Source: Azolla caroliniana
Taxonomy: Eukaryota > Plantae > Polypodiophyta
Assembly: GCA_043228905.1 (NCBI GenBank)
Contig: JBHGNT010000124.1
Location: 1-64,000 of the forward strand
Direction: 5' to 3'
DNA length: 64,000 nt
Within the stretch, counting starts at the first letter, position 1; every line of letters begins with the position of its first letter. Position numbers and translations under genes: made by a program. Positions 11,764-23,442 of the stretch are shown piece after piece. Under the pieces are notes generated by a model. That model did no database searches, was not told the DNA's origin, and saw only the letters and a list, made by a program, of their open reading frames with translations.

Positions 11764-13468
11764 CCATATAATATCCCGTGGTGAGAATTGTCGTAGTATT
11801 CTATACACGTGGATAAGTGTGAGGTTTAAACAAAGAGTCTAAAGAAGGGGAGGATTACTTTTAATCCTCGGGATTGAGACAACCCATGAGGCCAAGTGTG
11901 AACATGGCTGGGGGCCTTGAGAATTACTATAAATAAGAGGCCTAGCTACCCTCATTTGGGCATGCATTGACTACGTCGAGACTCTGTCCGTGAGTGGAAC
12001 GACTCTTGTAGCAAGCGCGCTATCGTCCAGGTACGACTCGACGCCAAGGCGGTGGTATGGGACGCCGATCGAGGCTCGAGTCCGTCTCGATCCCTTCGCT
12101 CGGGGGTGGTCGGGTGGATCGGCACCCTTCTTTCTCTCTTTTCTCTCTATTCTTTCTAGATCTATCATTGATATATCCTTATTTTATGCTTACTTTAGTA
12201 CCTAATCTCTAATAGTTCGGCACCACCGTGCCGAACTCCGGTTACCCTTTCGCATGCGTTGTCGGCCCTTGCCCGGCCAGATTGTGCATCGCCTTCCTCT
12301 CCGCATACCGGTGTCCTCCGTGTCCGAGGAACACCCTGTACTAGCCCGCTTGGCCCCCTTTCGTATCGCGCCCTTGCGACCGGTCCAGAGCCTTTTGCTT
12401 GCCGTCGTCCCCTCGTCCCCACCGGCTTGTCATCTCAGGCTTGGCTTGCCACTCTGACTGAGTCGCTGAGATCTCCAAAGCGAGTGTGGAGGATCCTTCT
12501 CCGGCTCTTGATACTGTCTCCGGTCTTCAACCGTGCAGTCTGTTACGCACCCATGTTACCTCGTTCCCGACACTGTCATGTGCCGTCTTCCACCATCCTT
12601 GTTCGGCACCGCCCGTGCCGAACGTCGTCCCGTACTTGTGCTTCAAACCGGCCCTTAATGGCCACATGCACGTCTCTCGATCTGCTCCCAGGTGTGCCTT
12701 TCCGGCTTGGCACACTACTCCTTGCTTGCCCTTACTGGCTCCTTCCGAAACTGTAACCGACCGGTAAGGGTTCGCCCCTTTTTCAATTCGAGTCTTGCCA
12801 GCTCCCATCTCACCGGCTCCCAATCCGCTCTTTTGTGTTGCTGGGTCCCGTTTTCTGCTGCCACCATCCTTCTCACTCGGTCTCACGTTGCCATGTCGGC
12901 CTGAACTGCCGGTGTCAGTGTGAGGATCCCATAGGACTGGGCTTCCTTTCTCTACTCCCGCCTTTTGTGTTGTCTTTCGGTCGAGTCAATTCCCGACTTT
13001 CCCCTTCTTCGTCTTTGTTGATTCGCCTTTGTCCCCTTGCCGCCACCATCAACCTCTTGGTCTTACGTAGACCCCGTTGCCGACCGTCGAAGTCTCTAGA
13101 TCCGATGTGAAGGATCCTCCTCAGGCCTCCGATACGTCTTCCTAACCCTTTCTCGGGCCGTCCTTCTCCCCTTGCCGAGAGGGCGGTTTTCTCCGCACCC
13201 TCTCCCGTGGTATCAACATATAGTCTTTCCTCCCTTTGGGATCGGTTATCCGAAAGGCCGCTCTCACAGTTCTCGTCCGGGTCCGTCCATACCTTCTCCA
13301 CATTGCCGGATCCCGTTCTCCCGCATATGATCAACTTCTTCGATCGCACTCTCAACGGCTTCCAAACCGTTTCTCATCCACCCTTCTTCCGTGTATGTTC
13401 ATCCTCGCCTTTGACATTGCCTTCACCACGAAGCCTCTACATCGACCTCCATTCTCCCTTGCCGCCTT

Positions 13469-13485
13469 TCACGTCGGGTTCACCA
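13469..13485 (-). promoter_or_regulatory. Primer-binding site, tRNA-Trp (element A)
   Basis: TGGTGAACCCGACGTGA, complementary to the 3' end of plant cytosolic tRNA-Trp (...UCACGUCGGGUUCACCA, recalled sequence). Confidence 0.85.
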
Positions 13486-13621
13486 AAGATATGTCGCGGT
13501 ATTCCGCGAGTACGTGTAGGATCCTAGGCGGGACCGCGACTAGGGAGACGAATGGTGGAGTCCTTAGGCTTTGTGGGTTTCAATCTGGAATCGGCTTCCG
13601 GCTCCAAGGAATGTAGGGTTT

Positions 13622-14083
13622 TGTTACTCTTTAGGGCTGGACAGTAGCCTAACACATGGTGTTTACAGAAGACACTTCACCAAAGGGTGTTACGGTGAAA
13701 CACAGTTAGACAGACGATTAATCAAACCTTAATCAGTTACTTAAGCAACATATCCTTAATCTTAATAGACGTGTAAGATCAAAAGTAATTAGCAGAAAAC
13801 AGTAATCAATACGCAGAGATAAGAAAATAGAGCTTTATTAATTATCCGTCCTCATTTACAATGTAACCGGGCCTTTTTATAGATCACCGGCTCTGGATAC
13901 AAAATGGTGCCAACCGACACACTAATATGAACCGGTCCGGATCCGGATCGGCATACCGATTCCGGTCCGTCCATTCACTTCTCTAAAATCTACTTAATTA
14001 CTTAATATCTTAATAACAGCCTCTGATTATTTCTGCCCTTTCATATTCTGGATTGTTCTACACTCCTTGCTGGCTGGCTAACA
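13622..14083 (-). mobile_element. Solo LTR (462 bp), TSD GGTTT, inserted in element A's 5' LTR
   Basis: TGTTA...TAACA. GGTTT at 13617-13621 and 14084-14088. Absent from the sister LTR at ~3752. Reverse-complement homolog of 39486-39937. Confidence 0.92.
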
Positions 14084-16726
14084 GGTTTCACAAAATGGTT
14101 CAACGCGAATATGGACCCGACTCAAATATGTTACAAGGAAGATAGATATACACTAACATGAATATATATTACAAGAGTTTTACAACAAGATGGTTACATG
14201 CCCCGAATCCGGTGGCTAATACAAACAATCGGTTAATACATCAAGATAAGAATGGGGGACCGGTGAAGGCGAGTCAAGTGGGCCGTCGGGACCGCGACGT
14301 CCACCGTTGGTCACGCCCCGAAGATGATGGAGTGTTCCCGTGCCGCTTCGTCCTCCCTTCTCGAACCGGCCGCCATGCGAAACGCTCTCCATCGAAGAGA
14401 GGAAACCGAATCTCTAAGCACCGCCACTGGAATGCCTAAAGCCGTTGTTGTAGGAACCCTCAAACCAAACCAAACTCTCACACGAAGAAGAGAGGGTAGC
14501 AATCGAAACCCTAAACAACATACCCTAACTCGCACAAACTCTCTCCGGGAGAAAAACCTAAACAAAATACTAACCTCCACTCAAAAGAATGAACCAAACC
14601 CATGAGACAATGATGAAGAAAGCTCAAAATGGAACCCTAAACGAAATAGGGTGAAAAGACCCAAGTAGAAACCCTAAGGGAACAAGAATAAAATGAAGAG
14701 GAAGAACACTATCAAACCCTAGACCTAAGTGGTATACCCTTCTAACTCCAAAATTGGCAACCCCTTCCAAAGTGACCCCTCCCTTCCTTTTATAGCCCAA
14801 GGAGGGAGAGACGTTACAATGTGGGATAAGTTCTCCCCTTATTCTATATACCATATTACTACTATACATGTGCCCATGTTGCACACCACCGACTTGCCCT
14901 TTCCACCCCGGTTTCACACCGTAGCCGGAAATCTTCATGACAACGGGCGCGCGAACAGGCTGCACGGGGTGAAGACCGGAGACAAAGATCGGAAGTCGAA
15001 GGAGGATCCTCCACACCTGCTTCGGAGATCTCGATGGCTCAGTCGGAGTAGCAACGACTAGTGTGACATGCCAAGCCCGAGATAACAACCTGGTGGGGGC
15101 GAGGGGACAACGGCGAGCAAAAGACTTCGAACCGATTGCGGCAGCGTGAGATGGGAGGAGCCAAGCAGGCTACTACGGGGTGATCCTCTGACGGAGGACA
15201 CCGGCATGCGAATCGGTGGTGCACGATCTGGCCGGGCAAGGGCCGACGAAGGGTGCATGAAAGGTGACCGGAGTTCAGCATGACGATGTCGAACCGCGAG
15301 GAAGGGATGCACAACACACGGAGGTGTTGGAAAGAAAGTACGTGTGCGAAGGATGGTTGCCGGATCAAGAGATATTCGGTAGAAGGCCGGACAGGGATCC
15401 TCCACACCGGTTCTAGAGACCTTGGCAATCTGAGCCGACGTGGCAACGTAAGACCAAGGAGAAGGAAGGTGGCGGCGAGGGGACGAAGGTGATGGGCAAC
15501 CGCACGGGATGGCAAACAGGATCACGCGGACGATCAACTAAGGCCAAGCGGGCCACTACAAGTATTCCTCAAGCAGAGAACACCAGGTGTATGGCGGAGA
15601 GTGGAGCATGCATGTGGCCGAGTGAAGGGCCAACAAAGGGGCATGCGTACTACAGGGTCACGGCGAACGACCTATTGACGGGTCGAACGAGCCTAAAGAG
15701 AGGAAAACGCGAAGGACGAACCGGAGCCGACGGTTCAAACCGGCAGTGGTCGACGTGGCAAGCCGGGATGCGGGTCACAGAAGACCAATTTCTCAACGGC
15801 CCGAATCTTTCGCCCTTCTCCGGATTTGGCACATACCGGTGGACGTGTGGTTTGGTGGCGGCAGATGTCATGAAGATTTCGGGCCACAGTGAGAAACCGG
15901 AGAATATTGGAAGGATCGGCAAGGTGCACCATGTGCACCCACCCTTGTACAAAATTAGCGTAGGAGCTAGGGGCGCCTTTATGGCGCCGAATAGGCAATA
16001 AAGTTGGGACAAAGGATCCCATGTATATCAGGATTTATCCCACATAGTCACGCGACCTCGCCTTGTTCTATAAAAGGGAGGGTGTGCCCTTTGTATAGGG
16101 GTTCCTCGTTTTCGAGGTTCCAAGGGTTCCCACCCGTTGGGTTCCATTTTGTGTATATACATTTCTATTTTTGTTTTCTGTTTCTATTTCGTCTTGGTCT
16201 CTCTCTTGTTTTTGCTAGGGATTCAAGTGTCTCTTTTTCTGTTAGGGTTCGTCTACAGTGTGAATAGGAGGGTGGTTCGTCTGTGGTTGTGAGTGAATAA
16301 GCGTGGTTGGGGCGACAGACAACGTGCGGGCTATCTTTGGTTTCTTGCAGGGTTTTTGTGGGTTTCTGGAACACTTCGGTGTGTGTGGGTGTGCAACGGT
16401 GTTGATTTCTATTGCTCGCAACGAGCCTGCGCGCCAAGTGGTTCGTTGGTAGGCTCCCCTCCTTGTTGCGCAAGACCCCTCTCGTGCCGGTTAGCCCATG
16501 CGCTTCTGGAAGGCGACTTGGCGACAGGACGCGATCATTCTCAGAAGAGGCGTGCCCTGCACAAGGATCCCATCATGCGATCGAGCCCTAGTGCCCCCAA
16601 TCAATCCTAGGATGCAAGTTCCCTCTTCCTCTCTATGTGAAACCGATACATCAATAAGCATCTTGAACGTGTGTGTGTGTGTGTGTGTGCGTGTGCGCGG
16701 GCGCGGTTAACCGGGCCGTGACCCAT

Positions 16727-17486
16727 TGTCGTAGTGTATTTCGTACACTACATGAAAAACTTATAAAGTAACGTTTTAGTAAATGTGAAGAAATAGAAGA
16801 AAATGTCAAAATAAATAATACATGCATAGGGCAAGATTCAAACCTTGCACCTCCATGTTAATAATGTAATGTCTTACCATTGCACTAACATTTCATTAGT
16901 GTTAAAAAGTAGATGTTCCACATAGAAAGGTTAATTCACCTAGGATAAACTTTAGTTAAAAGAAAACGCATGCTAAAAGAAAAAGCTACGCATGCACATC
17001 TACCGTGCATAAACGTTATAGTTGATAAAAAATGCACAAGTTAGAAAAAGCATGATCACTTTAGATAAAGCATATAGTCTATCTATAGAAAAAGCATATA
17101 GTCTATCTATAGGAAAAGCATGGAGTCTATAGTTAGAGGGAAAAAAAAAAACATGGATTACTAAGACTCCCTCATCACTACATAAGGATGGGAGCACAAT
17201 GTAAAAGGTGTGTGAAATATTTGGGAAATTGGATATATTTCCTAAAACACCAATTAATAAACTATACTCGTGGGATTCACGAGATTTCTATATCTTTCTC
17301 TATCAATCTAAATACATATTCTTACATAAATATTAATCAATAAAATACATTATACTTGTGGGATTCACAAGTTTCTACTATTCTATTCATAATTAAAATC
17401 GCCTCAAATTCTTGGTCTTCCTAGTCCAAAACCCCAGCGATTCCCACCCGACTCACGCAAACGATCTGGCACTTAAATGCATGACA
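16727..17486 (+). mobile_element. Solo LTR of the same family as the 20653-24170 element
   Basis: TGTCGTAGTGTATT...ATGACA, collinear with 20653-21379, no PBS after it. Flanks are CCAT and CTGT. Confidence 0.88.
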
Positions 17487-20400
17487 CTGTGCCTCTTTGG
17501 GCCCTTGTACATGCGAAGAGAAGGGCGTTAAGGATGGGTGCATGCCTTCCTACTCTGCAAGCGGTCACCGGTCGCATCCGGAGAGGAACCGGAACCGGCC
17601 GGCAAGGTCTGACCCGGACACCATCCGGATCCAAACAGGCCGGCTACACAACAAACTCAAGAGGATTCGATCCTCCGGCAACTCCACTCCTGGTCCATGA
17701 CCCCGGTGGTCCCGCCTGGATCCGACATGCAAGTGCGGATCTCCGCGACATCGCTTGGACTATAGCCTAGCCAATCAACCAAATAGTAGAGCTTGTTGCG
17801 AACAATCTTGGAATTGAGGATGGCAACAACTTCATACTTCGGTCTTACTTCAAGCTCGATGGGGGGTGATGGTGGTGGTGTAATACAATCTGTAATAATG
17901 TTATCTTGATAGGGTTCGAGAAGAGAACTATGAAAAATCGGATGTAACCGTAGTTGCAGAGGTACATCAAGACGAAAAGTGATATCATTAAATTTTCCAA
18001 TAATACAGAAAGGACCTAATTGTCAATAATCCAATTTATCGCATGGTCGAGTAGTCTTGATGTGTTGTCGTAATAGCCATACCCGATTTCCAATGTCAAA
18101 ATAGGATGGAAGCCAATGATGATCCGCATAAGCCTTATGTGTTTGTTGAGGTTGATTTAAATGGGTAGATAGGTCTGCCTGTATCTTTCATAGCCTCTCC
18201 AAATGATCCTCTGCACGAGGATTTGTGGGTAACTCCAGAGTTTCGAACACACACCATCAAGAATGATAGCCTGTATAAGCATAAAATGATGTAACCCTAG
18301 TCGATGAGTGGATAGAGTTATTATAAGCAAATTCGGCAAAGTGGAGAATATCCGCCCAATCATCTTGTTGATAGCTTAGAAAACACCGAAGATATTGTAC
18401 CAACGTTTGATTTGTTCGTTCTGCTTGTCTATATGTTTGAGGGTGATAGACGGAGGAGAGGTTACAAGTGACCTTGAGCATTTTGAAGAGATGCTTCCAG
18501 AATTTCGAGATGAATTGAGGTCCACGGTCACTAATGATACTTTCCAGGGCCATGATGCCCCAATACCTCACGCATGAAAATTTCTACGGTTTCTTCACTA
18601 ATGGTTGCCTTAGTACAAGGCATGAAATGTGCCATCTTAGTATATCAATCTACTATTGTAAAGATTGCATCGAATCCCTTTGAAATTGGAATATGTGTGA
18701 TAAAATCTAGAGAAATGGACTGCCACGGCTTGCTTGGAATTGGTAATGGTTCCAATAAACCATATAGATGATGTCTTGACATCTTTGCTCTGCAACATGT
18801 ATCACATGTCTGAACATAGTCTTCGACAAATCGTCGCATATGAGGCCACAAAAATGGTTGTTGTACTAAATCCAACGTTTTAGTACTACCAAAATCTCAA
18901 GTTGTATATGTGTCATGACAATTTTGGACTACCTGAAGGCAACAAGAACCATTGGAAACATACAAGATTTTCTTAAAGAATAGTAATTCATCATGACATT
19001 CGAATTGTCAATTGTCCGTACCTAGTTGTTGGGATTGTGAACAGATTGCCCGCGAGGGATCAATTTGCACTAGAATGGCTTGAGCGAAAGCATCTATCTT
19101 CAAGTATTCACGTATGGTCTCAATAACGCGGGAATCCAATGGAGTGTCAAAAACCAACGTTGCTTGCAGTCATGTTGGTCCTAGATTGACTTGCTTTTGA
19201 TTATCGAATGTTGGATCACCAAGACAAGGTGCCAGATACGAGCACCACGATAATGCATCTGGAAATAGGCAAGGTTTTTGTGATCACTGAATACGGTGAC
19301 TTGATGAGAAGATCTGGAAATGCCTCCAGTGTGTAAAAGAGTCCACTATTGTTAGTAGCTCATTGTCATGTATCTCGCAGTTGATTCCGGCCACATTAAA
19401 CTTGCGCAAGTGGAAAGCCACATGATGTAGTTTTTCATCATCGCCTTGTTGGGATAGAATGCTACCAATGGCAAAATCCGACGCGTTTGCCTCCATGATG
19501 AACGATTTTTTCAGATCAACATAAGCTAGAATATGATCTAATGTAAATGCTTTCCTAAGACTTACAAAAGTTGTTTATGCTTCCTTAGACCAAACAAATG
19601 ACTACCCCTACTTGGTAAGCTATGTGAGAGGCAAAATAAGCTTTGAGTAGTCCTGTATAAACTTGCGGTAGAAATTTGCGAAGCCTAAAAAAAATTGCAC
19701 ATCTCGCAACGAACAAGGAGTCTACCACCTTACCATAGTTCTGACCTTAGCTGGATCCATAGAGATGCCTTCCGAGGAGATGACATAGCCTAGAAATTCC
19801 ACCTGGTTGCACTCAAAACTACATTTTTCCAGTTTTGCATAAAGACCATGTTCTCAAATTCGTTTTAGTACTTATAGTACATGAGAATCATGCTCTTCTT
19901 GAGTCTTTGAATAAACTAGTAGATCATCCAAATAGTTGATCAAACAAATATCCAAGAGATCTCGGAATATATCATTTGCCATGTGCTGGAAGATTGATGG
20001 CGCATTGGTGAGACCGAATGACATAATTGTATACTCGAAGTGCCCATATCAGGTGCGAAAAGCGGTCTTCCATTCATCTCCTGGTCGGATCCGTAAAAGG
20101 TTATATGTGCCTTGTAAGTCGATCTTTGTGAAGAGACGATAATCCACGACAAGACGAAGTGATCCATTTTTTTTCTTGACAAAGAGAATGGGTGCGCCGG
20201 CTAGAGATTCCGAATTTCGAATGAACCCATTTGCCAAGTTCTCCTCTATGTAGGCTCGAAGGACTTCTAGCTCGGTTGGTGACAAGTTGTAGATCCGTTC
20301 CCATGGTGGCTCTTTTCCTAGTTGTAAATTGTTGAGAGACAAGCTCAACATCGGCCGGATCGGTTGAAGAAGCCTAGGACCAGATTGGTTGGGACCGATC

Positions 20401-20755
20401 GGTTAAGCCGAGTGCGTAAACCAGGAGGTCGTTAGGAAAGATATTCCGTGAGGAATATATTTGGGAGTTAGTGTAGTTAGTGTAGGAGCTCTTAAAGAGC
20501 ATTGAAGTACGGTCAGTACTTCAGTCAGTCCTTCGAGGACTTGTATAAAAGTGTTCATGGAACACACATATGTATAGAGTAGTGAATTGAGATCTTTTGT
20601 TGAATATAGTTCTTGTATTTTCTCTCTCTCACTCTCTCTGTCTCTCCCGCGTTGTCGTAGTGTATTTTGTACACTACGTGAAAAACGTATATAGTATTAG
20701 ATTCAATAAAAAATGAAGAAATAGAAGAAAATAGCAAAATAAATGGAACATGTAT

Positions 20756-20817
20756 AGGGCAAGATTCGAACCTTGCACCTCCATGTTAATAATGTAATGT
20801 CTTACCATTACACTAGC
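20756..20817 (-). other. tRNA-like module (Pol III A-box/B-box) antisense in LTR U3; copies at ~16828-16889 and ~23547-23608
   Basis: Minus strand TAGTGTAATGGTAAGACAT...GGTGCAAGGTTCGAATCTTGC has D, anticodon and T arms at tRNA spacing but no acceptor stem. Followed by T-runs. Confidence 0.65.
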
Positions 20818-21417
20818 ATTTCATTAGTGTTAAAGCATAGATGTCCCACATAGAAAGGTAAATTCACGCTAGGATAAACATTAGAAAAACGCATAACAAA
20901 AGAAAAAGCTACACATACACATCTAGCGTGCATGATAAAAAACGCACAAGTTAGAAAAAGCATGATCACTTTAGATAAAGCATATAGTCTATCTATAGGA
21001 AAAGCATGGGGTCTATAGTTAGAGAAAAAGCATGGATTACTAAGACTTCCTCATCACTACATAAGGATGGGAAGCACAATGTAATTGTGTGTGAAAAATA
21101 TTTGGAAACTGGATATGTTTCTAAAAAACACCAATTAATAAACTATACTCGTGGGATTCACGAGAATTCTATATCATTCTCTTTCAACCGAAGTTTATAT
21201 TCTTATATTCATATTGATTAATCTAATACAATACACTCGTGGGATTCACGAGTTTGCTATAACTCTTTCTTACAACATATTTATATTCTTATTAGCCTTA
21301 AAACTCTCCTCTTCCTAGTCCAAAACCCCAGCGGTTCCCACCCGACTCACGCAACGATCCGAAGCCGAAAGGCACGACACAGTTGGTGAACCCGACGTGA
21401 AGGCGGGTGGCAAGGAG

Positions 21418-23442
21418 ATGGAGAATCAACAAGAGGCAATGAGCATAACGATGATGATGATGTTCGAGCGGATGCTACAAGAACAACGAGTGATGTCGGA
21501 GATCACGGGGGCAGTAAAGCGGCTCGTACAACAAAACGGACAATTCAACGGAAACGATGTGTCACGCTATCTACGTGACTACAAGGCGGAGATGATACGA
21601 TGTGGGATACCGGAAGGATTGCAAGTGACATCCTTCAATCGGGTGGCCACGGATGAGCTACAAGAGAGAATCCACAAGATACGGCAACAAAACTCGACAT
21701 GGGGGTCATTCGAAGAAGCTTTACGAGAGGCATATGATTACAAGAGATCGAAGGGACAAGATCGGCGAGAATTCGACGAATGGGTGGCATCGAAGAAGAC
21801 CCACCGAAGTGCAACACAAGCATTCCTAGAGTTCGAGCATCGTTTTGCTCGACTCTCGAAGCGGGAACAACGATTGGTGGGAGAGGATAAAGTCCTAATG
21901 TTCGTAAAATCGATCGATCGAAAAGAAAGGATGGACATTCGGATCGAACTCGAAGATGATGACGGTGCGAACGGCCTTACCGAGGATTGGGCCAAAGTCG
22001 AAAGGGTATGCCGAAGACATGATGAAAGGAAGCTGAGAATCTCGTCAACAACGACATGGCCCATGAAGGATGGTCGATTGAGGAAAAACGATGAAGCCAA
22101 TATGAAGGCCGAAATACAACATGATGGTACCACGGGAGAAAGAGTGGAACAAGACACCCACTCGTCTTGTGAAAGAACGATGGCGAAGGATAAGGCCGAT
22201 AATGCAAGTGTAGAAGGAAATTTCGGGATACAAGTGCCCGAGACATCGGGTCAAAAAGGGGTAAGCATAATAGATGTTTGCATAATTGATGCAGATAAAG
22301 AGTGTGAAGCGGATGTGATTAAGGAGGTAGCCACAAAAGACGAAATCGAATCGGAGGTGGCTATGGACGAATCAATGGCGGATTGCCATATCGAGACTTC
22401 CCCACCACTGATTCCAAAGACTCCTGCGGTTGCGATCGAAAGGCAACGTGAGACCGAAGAGACGGAAGGTGGCGGAGAGAAAACGAATGTCGAAGCCGAC
22501 GAATACGATGAAGAGATAGCCGAGAAGAATGCTAAGGGTGAAACTACGAAAGAAGGTAATACCGAGGATTCATGCCAACAATATCTAGAGACTTCGGCGG
22601 TTGTGTCCGAGAACCAACGTGAGACCGGAGAGACGGGAGATGGCGGCGAGGAAGGTAAAGTCGAAAGTCGGTTCGGATGGAAAATGATCCATCCGAAATT
22701 CCAATCTAAAAGAAAGTGCGACAATGCGGAGGTCGGGTCTACGACGGGAGAAGCGCGTAATACAGAGCACGCTCTACGGCGAATAAAGAAACGTGTGTTA
22801 TGGCGAATAAAGAAGCACGCGCTACGGCGAGAAAAGAAGCATGCATTACAACCACACGAGGACCGAACAACGAGCACATATCGGAGGACCTACGTGGCGA
22901 ACAACGGAAAGAAGTGCCGAAAGTCGAACCGGACAAGGCAGGTGAAAACGAAGAAAAGAAAGCAAATCCGGACGAAAAGAAAAGAAAAGAAACCGACCCG
23001 AAAGAGCACTGAATCGGTAAAAACCGATCAACCGAGTCCGGATCGACCGAATACAAATCGGAAAGGAAGCCGAACTAAACGAAAGACGATCCGACGAGAC
23101 CGAATCGGAAGTAAGCTAATCCGACTAAACCGAAAATCCGAAAAGAAGTCGAGATTGATGAAGAAAAGAAAGAGGGCAAGAAAAGATACTACCGCGGATG
23201 ACAAGGACCAAGCGGGCCATGCAAAAAGCGAACGAAGACTATGGTGGATCGGATGTCGACAATGGTTCGAGTGGAAAGAATGGATGTGCTCCAAATGGAG
23301 AGACAAAGTCAACATAACAAGAGAAGTCGAGGGTACTACGAGCCGGCAACGAAACCAATCGGGTAGAGACCGGACGGAGGAGACTAACAAACACCAACAA
23401 CTTCGGCACATACCGGAGGATGTGCGGGTTTGGAGGGGGTGA
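21418..23442 (+). CDS. Gag-like protein (674 aa from ATG 21418): capsid-like N-terminus, acidic middle, very basic C-terminus; no pol domains
   Basis: The N-terminal ~200 aa resemble gag at 25495 (FNGNDVSRYL/FEGINLTRFL, SFNRVA/SFSRVA, DKVLMF/DKVILF, GLTEDW/GLTEDW). The ORF fills the whole internal region. Confidence 0.8.
   Translation: MENQQEAMSITMMMMFERMLQEQRVMSEITGAVKRLVQQNGQFNGNDVSRYLRDYKAEMIRCGIPEGLQVTSFNRVATDELQERIHKIRQQNSTWGSFEEALREAYDYKRSKGQDRREFDEWVASKKTHRSATQAFLEFEHRFARLSKREQRLVGEDKVLMFVKSIDRKERMDIRIELEDDDGANGLTEDWAKVERVCRRHDERKLRISSTTTWPMKDGRLRKNDEANMKAEIQHDGTTGERVEQDTHSSCERTMAKDKADNASVEGNFGIQVPETSGQKGVSIIDVCIIDADKECEADVIKEVATKDEIESEVAMDESMADCHIETSPPLIPKTPAVAIERQRETEETEGGGEKTNVEADEYDEEIAEKNAKGETTKEGNTEDSCQQYLETSAVVSENQRETGETGDGGEEGKVESRFGWKMIHPKFQSKRKCDNAEVGSTTGEARNTEHALRRIKKRVLWRIKKHALRREKKHALQPHEDRTTSTYRRTYVANNGKKCRKSNRTRQVKTKKRKQIRTKRKEKKPTRKSTESVKTDQPSPDRPNTNRKGSRTKRKTIRRDRIGSKLIRLNRKSEKKSRLMKKRKRARKDTTADDKDQAGHAKSERRLWWIGCRQWFEWKEWMCSKWRDKVNITREVEGTTSRQRNQSGRDRTEETNKHQQLRHIPEDVRVWRG

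Larger units (their letters stand above)
5173..12214 (+). mobile_element. Near-intact Ty3/gypsy chromovirus. LTRs 5173-5637 and 11750-12214 (465 bp), TSD GTTCG.
   Basis: The LTRs differ at only 2 positions by eye. GTTCG at 5168-5172 and 12215-12219. PBS TGGTATCAGAGCC at 5640, PPT AAAGAGGGGGAG before 11750, single gag-pol ORF. Confidence 0.97.
3617..14942 (-). mobile_element. Non-autonomous (LARD-like) LTR element 'A', tRNA-Trp-primed. 5' LTR 13492-14942, 3' LTR 3617-4610, 4-bp TSD ACGG.
   Basis: ~1 kb direct repeats with TGTCR...CGACA ends. ACGG at 3613-3616 and 14943-14946. PBS at 13469-13485, PPT at 4611-4625, TATAAAAG on the minus strand. The ~1.8 kb internal region has no pol and only a decayed gag-like start. 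Confidence 0.85.
3261..17750 (+). mobile_element. Non-coding Trp-group LTR element 'B', 5'-truncated. Internal parts 3261-3616 and 14947-15865. 3' LTR 15866-17750, interrupted by solo LTR 16727-17486.
   Basis: Internal parts are reverse-complement homologs of element A's internal region. A PPT-like GGTTTGGTGGCGGCAGA precedes TGTCATGAAGATTTC at 15866. The end GGTCCCGCCTGGATCC...CCGCGACA (17750) matches the end of A's LTR. Confidence 0.7.

Noticed and set aside
16521-16650. Alternative ends (GCGACA at 16526, GATACA at 16650) for element B's LTR
   Set aside because: The terminus at 17750 matches element A's LTR end over ~45 nt and abuts the host chromodomain sequence.
20756-20817. Possible suppressor tRNA (loop centre TTA)
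   Set aside because: No acceptor stem and an imperfect anticodon arm, so not called as a tRNA gene.
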